In this document: positions 8,030 to 16,182 of the stretch, piece by piece
How the letters are laid out: each line of letters starts with the position of its first letter
Position numbering within the stretch: the first letter of the stretch is position 1
IMG/VR virus record: IMGVR_UViG_3300004241_000046
Location: 1 to 25,731 of that record
Direction: 5' to 3' (one strand)
DNA from: a virus
Lineage: Duplodnaviria; Caudoviricetes
DNA: 25,731 nucleotides
Made by a program: the position numbers and the translations under genes
Notes under the pieces: generated by a model
What the model saw: the letters and a program-made list of their open reading frames with translations, nothing else
Told to the model about the DNA's origin: nothing
Databases searched by the model: none

Positions 8030-10072
8030 TCAAAAGTTCAAGGGATCATAAGAAACTTGCGGAGCCGGGACTGTCGGCTTGTCTTTTAAATCATCCTTTT
8101 TTTGATTTTGCACAGGTTCCGGCTTTTGGAGCGTCTGGTGCAGAACGTCCGCACCTCCCAGGGACGCCATAACACGCGCGATTGTCAAGGCATCGAGATA
8201 ATCGTTTCTCCCTTCGGTGGTCCATTTGTAGTAGATACCCTTTTCTCCTTTGAGTTTTTCCGCAAGCGTCTGATTGCAAAGCTGGGTTGCATACTCGATA
8301 TGATCCGCGGGCCGGTTTCCCCAGAGTTCGATTTCCCCGGGTGCGCCGAACGGCAATGTAAATCCGGTCTGCGTGGATTCCGTCCACAAGTCGGAATTAT
8401 AGACCGTCAGCGCCCCGAATTGGTCATTGATGATGATCCAATCCTTTCCGATCCGCTGGACGTTCGCGCCTGACGGACGGAACTGCGCCGCTGCTCGGCC
8501 GCGGGTGGGGATCAATTCGAAAGGAAACTGCATATTCGTCGCCGTAAACCGACGAACAACGGAATACAGGTATCCGGCGTCAATTCCTATGCGCCTAATC
8601 CGCGCCGGATGATTCTGAAAATCCACGAATTTTAGTTCGGAAAAGCGTTTGCAAAGGTCCGTCAGAGCATTGTAAAAGGCCAATTCCTCCGCCTCGCTAC
8701 GCTTGTTCCCGGCCCCCTCGTAAATTTTCTCCTGTCCCGCGGGGACATGCACCCCGTAAGCCAGCACGGAAGAAGCCATGTCCAGCGTCGTAGCAATAAG
8801 ATTCCACGTAAGACCATAGCGGTTCAAGTCAATTCCGGCGGTGATCGTCACCGGAAGCGATGGCATAATCATAACCGGCTTGCCGTTTTGCTTGGAGTAG
8901 ACGCGCTCCGGCGTCAGGGAGAAAACAACCGTGCTTTCGGAAATCGGTTCATTCTGATACTCCGCCGCAAACACCTTTTCGCCCTTGTCAATCAGGAAGT
9001 TATAAGCGTGCTGGATCGCGGAAATCTCCCCCTTGCTTTTCAGATAACGCGCCTTCCAGTATATCTTTGCACCTGCGTCCATTTCTTTCCGGTTGGCCCG
9101 GTAAAAACGATTGGCCGCCAGCGGAATTTCCTCCTTGTTCCGCTGGCTCTCGCGCCGGAGACTGGCATACTCTCCGAGCCACAGTTTTTTTTCCTTATCC
9201 GCGCGATTTTCCAGCATCGACACCCGGACGCCGTGCCAGCTGGGGTTCTCCCTTCGATCCGTCAGCTGGTCCATTACATCCCCGCGTTCAATGATCGTCC
9301 CGGCTACCATGGCGGCAATCGTTTCTCCCGGTCCGGCAAGCCCCAGAACATCACCGGAAATAATCTCCATAATTTTTTTTACTGTTGGCGGAGACTTTGC
9401 GTCTTCGCGTTTCTGCGGATCGTCCAGCAGCACAACACAAGGCCGGATGCTGGTCCCGTCCGGAAGCGTTTCATTTTTCCCGCGGATATGGCCGTCAATC
9501 CCGCATGTGTCAATAATGTATCCGGCAGACTTGACACCCGAAACATTCGGCATCCGGATGCGCTCCGCCTTCCACTCAAACGCAAAGCAGTTTCCGGCGG
9601 CATCCTGCATCATTCGCGCACGCTGGGGAACGCCGCGAATCGCGCGGATCGGAGCAATCATCTGCGGATAATCCTCCAGAAGCATATCATTCGTTTCAAA
9701 TTCCGTCTTGATCTTTGCAAGGTTGCTCCGGGCTTCCGCACCGGACCCAGCAATGAACATGATGTATGGCTGCACCGCTTCACACATGCACCAGACGCAC
9801 CCAATCCGGAGCCATGTCGTTTTTGCAGACCCGCGCGGAAACGCAAACGCGAAGTTTCCGCCGTTCCGGATCGTTACCTCCAGCTTGTCCACAAACTTTT
9901 TATGATGTTCCGACGGGGCTTTCGTAAATTTCGCCTTGCAATATTTCTGTCCCCAGGACCAGAGAGATAACCGGCTGGAAGTTGTCCGCTTCCGCGGGGT
10001 AATGTCCACTACACGCTTCTTTTCACGATGCTTGTGGACGCGGTCAATGCTATTGTCTCGTTTTTGCGTCAT
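8030..10072 (-). CDS. terL: Terminase large subunit
   Basis: 680 aa. Walker A 'PRGSAKT', Walker B 'VLLDDPQ', 'EYQNEP'. RNase H-like nuclease motifs 'AGIDL', 'GIDAGY', 'NDYLDA' as in GpA-type endonuclease domains. Confidence 0.95.
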   Translation of the reverse strand: MTQKRDNSIDRVHKHREKKRVVDITPRKRTTSSRLSLWSWGQKYCKAKFTKAPSEHHKKFVDKLEVTIRNGGNFAFAFPRGSAKTTWLRIGCVWCMCEAVQPYIMFIAGSGAEARSNLAKIKTEFETNDMLLEDYPQMIAPIRAIRGVPQRARMMQDAAGNCFAFEWKAERIRMPNVSGVKSAGYIIDTCGIDGHIRGKNETLPDGTSIRPCVVLLDDPQKREDAKSPPTVKKIMEIISGDVLGLAGPGETIAAMVAGTIIERGDVMDQLTDRRENPSWHGVRVSMLENRADKEKKLWLGEYASLRRESQRNKEEIPLAANRFYRANRKEMDAGAKIYWKARYLKSKGEISAIQHAYNFLIDKGEKVFAAEYQNEPISESTVVFSLTPERVYSKQNGKPVMIMPSLPVTITAGIDLNRYGLTWNLIATTLDMASSVLAYGVHVPAGQEKIYEGAGNKRSEAEELAFYNALTDLCKRFSELKFVDFQNHPARIRRIGIDAGYLYSVVRRFTATNMQFPFELIPTRGRAAAQFRPSGANVQRIGKDWIIINDQFGALTVYNSDLWTESTQTGFTLPFGAPGEIELWGNRPADHIEYATQLCNQTLAEKLKGEKGIYYKWTTEGRNDYLDALTIARVMASLGGADVLHQTLQKPEPVQNQKKDDLKDKPTVPAPQVSYDPLNF

Positions 10073-10081
10073 AATGTCCCA

Positions 10082-10170
10082 ATTTCCGTTACAGTGTTAG
10101 TGTTGCGAGGTGTCGCCTAGGTGGATTTTCGCGCTTTCGCGCCAAAAAGGACCCATCCAGGGGGGGGAGG
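10082..10170 (-). other. Candidate cos packaging site
   Basis: Minus strand has GGGTCCT (10154-10148, same as lambda cosQ) followed by AGGCGACACCTCGC (resembles lambda cosN GGGCGGCGACCTCGC), just upstream of terL. Confidence 0.45.
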
Positions 10171-10253
10171 CCCTTCCGACCTTCCTCGACCCCCTCGCCC
10201 CCTCCCCATCAGGGTGCGTCACATAGGCCCCTTCCGTCATATTTCCGTCACTT

Positions 10254-10625
10254 TCATGCCGGGACCTCATTGCGTCTTGAGTGATGATAAGTTGTTGCCT
10301 TGCGTGCCATAAGCTCGCGTATCCATGGGTAGGACGTAGACAACTCTTTGACATGCCAATGGACAATAGCCCGACACTTGCGACTCTTACCAAACCCTAC
10401 CCGTTTTCCAATTGCCTCATAACTGGCAGTCGGCTCAATCAGCAACTCAAGCATGAGGTTATAGCGTATGCGATTGAGCTTTTCAATTTCCCGCAAGTCT
10501 TTGAGTATGCGCCCAAAGTTTGACAGATCGGTTTCTGTGACTGCTTCTGCCCTGAGTTCTTTGTAGAGTTCCTTTGTGTCCCATCCGAGCGACTCGGCCA
10601 GCTCTTTCAGTTTTCTTGTATCCAT
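10254..10625 (-). CDS. HTH protein; candidate late transcription activator or terminase small subunit
   Basis: 123 aa with HTH-like 'EPTASYEAIGKRVGFGKS...IVHWHVKEL'. Only credible gene between replication origin and terL. AAAGGGG SD. Confidence 0.55.
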   Translation of the reverse strand: MDTRKLKELAESLGWDTKELYKELRAEAVTETDLSNFGRILKDLREIEKLNRIRYNLMLELLIEPTASYEAIGKRVGFGKSRKCRAIVHWHVKELSTSYPWIRELMARKATTYHHSRRNEVPA

Positions 10626-10709
10626 GATACCCCTTTCATTGGTTGGTAATCCCTCACGCGCGCGACCCCCTGAAGCCTCTTTTTACCCTGTTTTCACACC
10701 TATATATAC

Positions 10710-10869
10710 TTACTAACCTTACTAACCCATATTTATATTGTTGTATTTGAGATAGTTAAGGGTTAGACAGGGGGTTAGTAAAGGTTAGTAAGGTTAGTAA
10801 CTTTTCCCTTTGGGGGGTTAGTAAAATTTATCCAATTTGTCGAACCTTTACTAACCCCTTGTCTAACCC
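10710..10869. repeat. Iteron cluster, putative replication origin
   Basis: Seven exact TTACTAACC/GGTTAGTAA 9-mers (10710, 10719, 10773, 10783, 10792, 10816, 10848) and two TGTCTAACC variants (10761, 10860) in both orientations. AT-rich spacers. 27-bp inverted repeat 10760-10786 / 10843-10869 with one mismatch. Directly downstream of primase-helicase. Confidence 0.8.
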
Positions 10870-10874
10870 CCATT

Positions 10875-13328
10875 TCACCACCCCGGCGGCAAGTTTTTGA
10901 TTCTGTATTTCGCTCCGTCTGAAAAGTTTTCTTCTGTGGTTGAGACAATTCCACGTTCCACCATTTCCCGGAGAATTTCCCGGCGTTGCTGCGCATTCGT
11001 ACCCGTGTGGTTTGCATTGCGGGAAATGATCTTTGTTGTGATTCCGTCGCCCTTGTCGTATCGCTGAATGATCCGGACAATCCGGCGCATGACTTTTTCT
11101 TGAATTCGTGAACTCTGCGTTTCATCCTCTACCTGCATGAGCATGTTTTCCGCATGTCCAAAAAAGTATTTGACCATGAGTTCGGCGGCACGCCAGTGCT
11201 TATCTTCCAACATGACAAAATCGCCCTGCGATTGCGCACTATGATTGAGCGAGAGCATAACCGCGAAACGTGGCATGTATTCATTGACCAGGCGACGCCA
11301 TGAGGGATGGAGTTTTTCGGGAGAATACTGCTTAAATATACCGGAAAGGTCACGCCCGTATCCTTCCGGGACTTCGACGACTCCATGTTTGCGTGTGAAT
11401 GCCTTGAGAATCTCGTTGAAACGCTCAATAATGAGCTTTGCGTTGATCCTGGCAGGGTCTCCAAAGAACTCCGGCATCCGGCAGTAAATGAAGCGCCCCA
11501 TGAAACCGGAAGCTATATCCTGTTTCCTGACGACGTTTTCAAAAACTTCCGGCTGGATATTCGCTATAATGTTCGGATAGCAGTAGTCACATTCGGAGAT
11601 TCCGCCCTTGCCGCTCCGGCTGCTGAAATTATGCCGGAAGAAGCCTTTGCTGAAAGCCTCTGTCAAAAATGAGGTTGCCTTGTGCTGCCAGTGCTTTTCA
11701 TCCAGCCAGTTCACAAACTCCGATATGGAAATCAGGCCATTCGGACACACCTTCAAGGCTTCCGCGATTCCTTCCGCACTTCCGGACGTGCCAATGTTCC
11801 AGCCGTGGGAGGTTGTCACCGTGTCGAGGAGATTCCCGATGTCCTTTCCGGACGCCGAATTTGCCGCGAGGACGGCATAAACGTTGCATACCTGACCGGC
11901 GGCCGTGTTGATCTGGAGACGTGCCGCCCGCGCGCCCATGGGCGGAAACTCCGGCTTTGCGGTTTCCGGCGCGCCCTGCCCGGACAAGGCGCATCCGGCT
12001 GTTACGATTGCTTTGAGCAATGCCGCCTCCAAAGGCAACGGCGGAACCGTCACGCTGGAATACAGCGCGGCCATTTCTCCGAGCAGTGTTCCGTCAATCG
12101 CGCCGCGGATGTCGTCGGTCGTCACGTCCCGCCAAGGCGTTGGCTCCGGCGCTACTTCCGGTTCGCATTCTTCGGTTTTCACGACATTTGCCACGGGTAA
12201 CGGTTGAGACGCGGCCAGCTTCGCGCGTTTCGCGTTTTCGCGTTCCACCTTTCTTTCGAGGTATCCGGGTTCTTTGAGTTCCCGAAGTTTTGACCAGTCA
12301 TTCCCGCGGCATCCGTCATGATGACACAAAAAACCGATTGCTCCGTTTGCCTGTTGTGTGATGATTGCCGAACGGTTCCGGTGTTCGCCGTTGAACGGGC
12401 AGACTGGAAAAATCCACTTACGGGCATCGCGCCACGGCTCCGGGCCTTCGGCGTCCGGGCAATACTGTCTTATCCATGAGTCAAGCTCAAATTCTTCCCT
12501 GACTTCCATATATTCCGGCTCCGGGAGTTCGACACTCGGAAAGTTCGCCGGCGCCGGCGTCCGCTCCGGAACGGTCACGGGCTCCGGGGTGTCCACGATT
12601 CCGGCCGCCGTCCGGAGCAGTTCTACCGGAACGACCTCCAGAGTATCCGGACGGGAAACAATGTGCGCTTGCCGGTGCGGACGCCCCGGAATGTTGTCCC
12701 CCTTGCAGTTCATTGATCCGGGGAGCCGCCAGATCCGCGCGGGGTTGAATACGGTCCCGTCCACATTGACCGCCTGACTGTTGCACGCCTGAAGTTGTTT
12801 GAGTATTGACTCAATGAGTTTTCCGTCGTCCGCCGAAATATCAATCCGATACATGAGCTGCGCGCCATTGCCGGAATCGATCAGCAGAGGAGCGGGGAAC
12901 CCCATGGAAGCCAGCCCTGCGCGGATTTCGTCGGCTTTTTCGCGCGCGGCGTCATGCTCTTCCTCGCTGGACGATATTCCCGACGGCCGGATCGCGTCGC
13001 AGTCAATCAGCAGCCACCGGCGCGCGGGTATATCCTTGTCATTGGTCGTCAGGTCAGATTTTCCGGTGCAGTCCCGTAGCCGGTTCGCAGCGCGGCCCAA
13101 GAGAGCCGGATTTACCGGGTTCGGCGTGTAGTAGACGCCGCGATAATCGCGGACGATCTTACCAATGTCTTCCGCGACCTGGTCTATATGCTCATAATCG
13201 TAATACCCGGAAACCGTGTGCGGGTGCCGGACGGTAACGGTTGCGGCGTCCAGTATGCGGACCTCAAAAACGTCCCCGTCGCGGAAGATGGCCCGCAACG
13301 CGGAAACGACCTCGTTTTTGTCAATCAT
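10875..13328 (-). CDS. Primase-helicase replication protein (AEP/RepB-like primase, Zn finger, DUF3987-like P-loop domain, C-terminal winged helix)
   Basis: 'LLIDCD', 'DSGNG' and 'RIWRLPGSMN' primase motifs; 'CPFNGEH...CHHDGC' Zn ligands; Walker A 'ANSASGKD'; 'SGFMGRF' arginine-finger-like motif. Confidence 0.85.
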   Translation of the reverse strand: MIDKNEVVSALRAIFRDGDVFEVRILDAATVTVRHPHTVSGYYDYEHIDQVAEDIGKIVRDYRGVYYTPNPVNPALLGRAANRLRDCTGKSDLTTNDKDIPARRWLLIDCDAIRPSGISSSEEEHDAAREKADEIRAGLASMGFPAPLLIDSGNGAQLMYRIDISADDGKLIESILKQLQACNSQAVNVDGTVFNPARIWRLPGSMNCKGDNIPGRPHRQAHIVSRPDTLEVVPVELLRTAAGIVDTPEPVTVPERTPAPANFPSVELPEPEYMEVREEFELDSWIRQYCPDAEGPEPWRDARKWIFPVCPFNGEHRNRSAIITQQANGAIGFLCHHDGCRGNDWSKLRELKEPGYLERKVERENAKRAKLAASQPLPVANVVKTEECEPEVAPEPTPWRDVTTDDIRGAIDGTLLGEMAALYSSVTVPPLPLEAALLKAIVTAGCALSGQGAPETAKPEFPPMGARAARLQINTAAGQVCNVYAVLAANSASGKDIGNLLDTVTTSHGWNIGTSGSAEGIAEALKVCPNGLISISEFVNWLDEKHWQHKATSFLTEAFSKGFFRHNFSSRSGKGGISECDYCYPNIIANIQPEVFENVVRKQDIASGFMGRFIYCRMPEFFGDPARINAKLIIERFNEILKAFTRKHGVVEVPEGYGRDLSGIFKQYSPEKLHPSWRRLVNEYMPRFAVMLSLNHSAQSQGDFVMLEDKHWRAAELMVKYFFGHAENMLMQVEDETQSSRIQEKVMRRIVRIIQRYDKGDGITTKIISRNANHTGTNAQQRREILREMVERGIVSTTEENFSDGAKYRIKNLPPGW

Positions 13329-14023
13329 GTTTTATTGCCTCCAAAGTCAAATTGCCCCTGTTTCGTATATTCCTCAACACGCTGTTTTCCCATCGCAAAA
13401 TAATCCTTGTCGATTTCGCAGATGTCGAGTTCCGCCCCCGCGGTATGCGCGGCAATGGCAATGCTCATGCTTCCGCCGTGCGTGTCCAGAACCTTCCATC
13501 CCGACTTCCAATATGTTTGAAAAATCCAACGATAAAGGGCAACGGGCTTTTGTGTGGGATGGATACGCTTTTCATTCATGCGTTTGTTTCCGTGCGGTAT
13601 AATTCCTTCCGCAATGGATTTCCCCTGCAGCATACCATTCCACATGTAGCGGAATATTCTTACGGAATCGTGCATGGAACAGTATGCTATTTCGCAGTCA
13701 GAAAAGGAACTGGAATCATTGCATTTATCCCATACGATCCGTCCGGGACCCGGATTCAAAATTCCGTAATAATTGATACCGAATATAATGGTATTTTTCG
13801 AAACCCTGAACAGTTCTTCAAAATATTCTTGGCCAGGAACATTCCATTGTCCGAATTTCTTATACGCCTTCCTGAATACTCCTGTTTTTGAGGTTCTTTC
13901 CCCATAGAATCCGAGTTTTTCGGGACCTGAAAAATATGGCGGATCGACGATTGCCAAATTGAACGCTTTGTCCGGCTGTTCACGCATGAAATCCATGCAG
14001 TCGATATTATGAAAACGGATCAT
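13325..14023 (-). CDS. DNA methyltransferase, N6-adenine/N4-cytosine family (beta class)
   Basis: 'DPPY' precedes 'HPTQKP' and SAM-binding 'VLDTHGGSMS'. Confidence 0.93.
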   Translation of the reverse strand: MIRFHNIDCMDFMREQPDKAFNLAIVDPPYFSGPEKLGFYGERTSKTGVFRKAYKKFGQWNVPGQEYFEELFRVSKNTIIFGINYYGILNPGPGRIVWDKCNDSSSFSDCEIAYCSMHDSVRIFRYMWNGMLQGKSIAEGIIPHGNKRMNEKRIHPTQKPVALYRWIFQTYWKSGWKVLDTHGGSMSIAIAAHTAGAELDICEIDKDYFAMGKQRVEEYTKQGQFDFGGNKT

Positions 14024-14226
14024 TTCCCCTTCTCCCTCCTAACCACAACCTCAAGCCCGAGCGTATCGCAAATCAAAATCAGCGTATTGAGCCTGAGGTT
14101 TTTTGTGTTGTGAAAATGATTCAACGTATTTACTCCGATTCCGGCGGCCTTTGAAAATGACTTTTCGCTGTGCCCGCTACGCCAGATTGCTTGATTGATG
14201 ACGTGTTCGATTTCAAGAGCGTTCAT
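14020..14226 (-). CDS. Small XRE-type HTH protein
   Basis: 'SEKSFSKAAGIGVNTLNHFHNTKNLRLNTLILICDTLGLEV' fits the XRE pattern. Confidence 0.75.
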   Translation of the reverse strand: MNALEIEHVINQAIWRSGHSEKSFSKAAGIGVNTLNHFHNTKNLRLNTLILICDTLGLEVVVRREKGK

Positions 14227-14563
14227 GATTCACCTTGTTCAAGAAATGCTGGAAAATTTTTTGAGATGTGGCGATACGTTTTTGATATTCCGGATTGTCA
14301 GGATTATTATCCCATCCGAGCCATTCATCCGGAGACTTTTCGTAAGCCTTTTTGTTCCGGTTCATCCGTTCGCCGAACTGCCACATTGCACTTGATCCCA
14401 ATATGGGTTTCTTTCCTTCATTCTCTGCGCTTGCCAGCTTTTGAAGAGCCATTAAATCAAAGGACGAAAGATTCCTCATTGTCTCAAGAGCAAATCTCAA
14501 TTCGTCGTATTCCGGTTTCTGTCCCTTTTGGACCATGTCAAGAATTTCACCTAATTTTCTCAT
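14213..14563 (-). CDS. Hypothetical phage protein
   Basis: 116 aa, GAGGTG SD, packed in the operon. Confidence 0.75.
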   Translation of the reverse strand: MRKLGEILDMVQKGQKPEYDELRFALETMRNLSSFDLMALQKLASAENEGKKPILGSSAMWQFGERMNRNKKAYEKSPDEWLGWDNNPDNPEYQKRIATSQKIFQHFLNKVNHERS

Positions 14564-14576
14564 GCTTCACCTCATT

Positions 14577-14711
14577 TCAAAAAGTTACGGTTGCGGTCAG
14601 TACGGCGGCGGAAGTCCAATAAATGGCGTGTTTCCAGTCTCCTTGACAGAGATAGACGATTCCGGCCGCGACGTTGAGAGAAATAATTACTGATGGAAAA
14701 ATAAACTTCAT
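14577..14711 (-). CDS. Small two-helix membrane protein (44 aa, not in ORF track)
   Basis: AAGGTG SD then MKFIFPSVIISLNVAAGIVYLCQGDWKHAIYWTSAAVLTATVTF*. Fills the gap between neighbours. Confidence 0.75.
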   Translation of the reverse strand: MKFIFPSVIISLNVAAGIVYLCQGDWKHAIYWTSAAVLTATVTF

Positions 14712-14725
14712 ACTTCACCTTTTTT

Positions 14726-16168
14726 TTACGCCACTCTTTTAAGATGCTCAAGCATAAGCGCTTTAGCCATGACAGGAGGGACCGCGTTTCCAATTTGCTT
14801 TTTGATTTCCGTGTCGTTCCCGGCAAACTTGAAATCATCCGGAAAAGAACTCGCTGCCGCCAGTTCGGAAGCCTTGAACATCCGGTAAAAAATATCCAAT
14901 TTGTATGCCGATCCATCCGGCAAAGTCAGGATTCGCCCTTGAAGCAATCCGAAACGGTCTTTTGTAGGAATCACAGGAACTGGCTCAGAGGTGGGAAGGA
15001 CACGCCCATTCCCGTAGTATTCCACCATAAGAGGAGTCACCATTGAAATACTGCCGGTTGTCGCGATTGTCGAGAGCGGCATACTGACAGGCTTGACCGT
15101 GCCATCACCATGTTGCGGAATAAATAACGGACTCACAATTCCATATCGGTTTCCGCAATCAATCACAGGCAAAGGATTTTCCGGATCATGAACACGAGTG
15201 TCCCCGCCATTGTATCTTGTGAAAAACGGGCGCACTAAACCGAAATGATTTCCTCCTGTGGTAATTGTTCGCAATGGAACTGTTACGGGAACCGCAGATG
15301 CGTTTATATGGATTTGTGTTGTTCCACGCAGCACAATAATGAATGGTTCTGCCCACTCCCCCAAGAATTTCCGAATCCCGCATTCTATTCTCCGCAATGT
15401 GTTTTCTTTCAAAGGTTTTTCACGGTCATAAATACTTTTACCAAGGTCGTTCCAGTCTATAATTTCCGCAGCGGACCGCCAGGGCAGCTCATGGAAAAGT
15501 CCCGGTATTCTTGCGTGAGTCGGCTCCGGCCATGTGATCGGCAACCCGCTTGATTTGCGGACACACTGAATAATCAGACGTTCCCGATTCGTATTTGCCC
15601 CATAGTCTGCCGCGTTGAGAAGTGCCCACTCCATCCGATAACCGCTGCATTTGATCGATCGATACCAATCATTGAAAAAAAGGCTTTTCTTACGCGGATC
15701 TGGTTGACTGACCTTGTAAAGTTTTCCTTTGTAGTAAGTATCTTTGTCCAGTAAAGGCCCCCATGTGAGCAACTGTTTTACATTCTCGATAAAAAATTTC
15801 TTTGTCCGCGTGAGGCGCATGAAAGGAAGCAGCATTTCCGGCTGTTCCCGAAGTTGCTCAGACTTCGGGACATCGCCAGCCGCCGCGGAGAAATGTGTAC
15901 AGCTCGGAGAGGCCCAGCCAACATCAATTTCGCGGGATTCATCCAGGAACATTCTGTCCGGCAAAACATTCTTGATGTCGTTACAGGAAGCAAGGCCGTC
16001 ACGGTCAACGACCTCAGGATGATTGAGGCGTTGCGTTTCTATGGCAATGTCCCAATGATTGTAAACCCGTCCATCATATTTGATATTCGCTTCATTGAGC
16101 GTTTGAATCATGCCGGTCGTTGCACCGCCGGCACCGCAGAATAAATCAAAAAAACGGAAAATTTTCAT
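14726..16168 (-). CDS. DNA cytosine-5 methyltransferase
   Basis: Motifs 'DLFCGAGG', 'WASPSC', 'ENV', 'RERL', 'KQIGNAVP'. Start set at ATG 16168 (GAGGG SD). Confidence 0.93.
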   Translation of the reverse strand: MKIFRFFDLFCGAGGATTGMIQTLNEANIKYDGRVYNHWDIAIETQRLNHPEVVDRDGLASCNDIKNVLPDRMFLDESREIDVGWASPSCTHFSAAAGDVPKSEQLREQPEMLLPFMRLTRTKKFFIENVKQLLTWGPLLDKDTYYKGKLYKVSQPDPRKKSLFFNDWYRSIKCSGYRMEWALLNAADYGANTNRERLIIQCVRKSSGLPITWPEPTHARIPGLFHELPWRSAAEIIDWNDLGKSIYDREKPLKENTLRRIECGIRKFLGEWAEPFIIVLRGTTQIHINASAVPVTVPLRTITTGGNHFGLVRPFFTRYNGGDTRVHDPENPLPVIDCGNRYGIVSPLFIPQHGDGTVKPVSMPLSTIATTGSISMVTPLMVEYYGNGRVLPTSEPVPVIPTKDRFGLLQGRILTLPDGSAYKLDIFYRMFKASELAAASSFPDDFKFAGNDTEIKKQIGNAVPPVMAKALMLEHLKRVA

Positions 16169-16182
16169 ACTCAAAATCCCTC

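Noticed and set aside
2097-9970. Long plus-strand ORFs (2097-3212, 5116-6438, 8747-9970 and others)
   Set aside because: Antisense shadows of well-supported minus-strand structural genes, with Arg-rich nonsense-like composition and no motifs.
10097-10393. 98-aa minus-strand ORF as terminase small subunit
   Set aside because: Overlaps the 123-aa HTH gene out of frame, has no clear SD or TerS features, and runs across the candidate cos sequence.
10710-10869. Repeats read as CRISPR array or telomere-like GGGTTAG tract
   Set aside because: Units are 9 bp, in both orientations, without unique spacers or cas genes. Position fits iterons.
14572-14916. 114-aa minus-strand ORF overlapping the C5-MTase end
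   Set aside because: Out-of-frame overlap. The 44-aa ORF at 14577-14711 explains the gap better.
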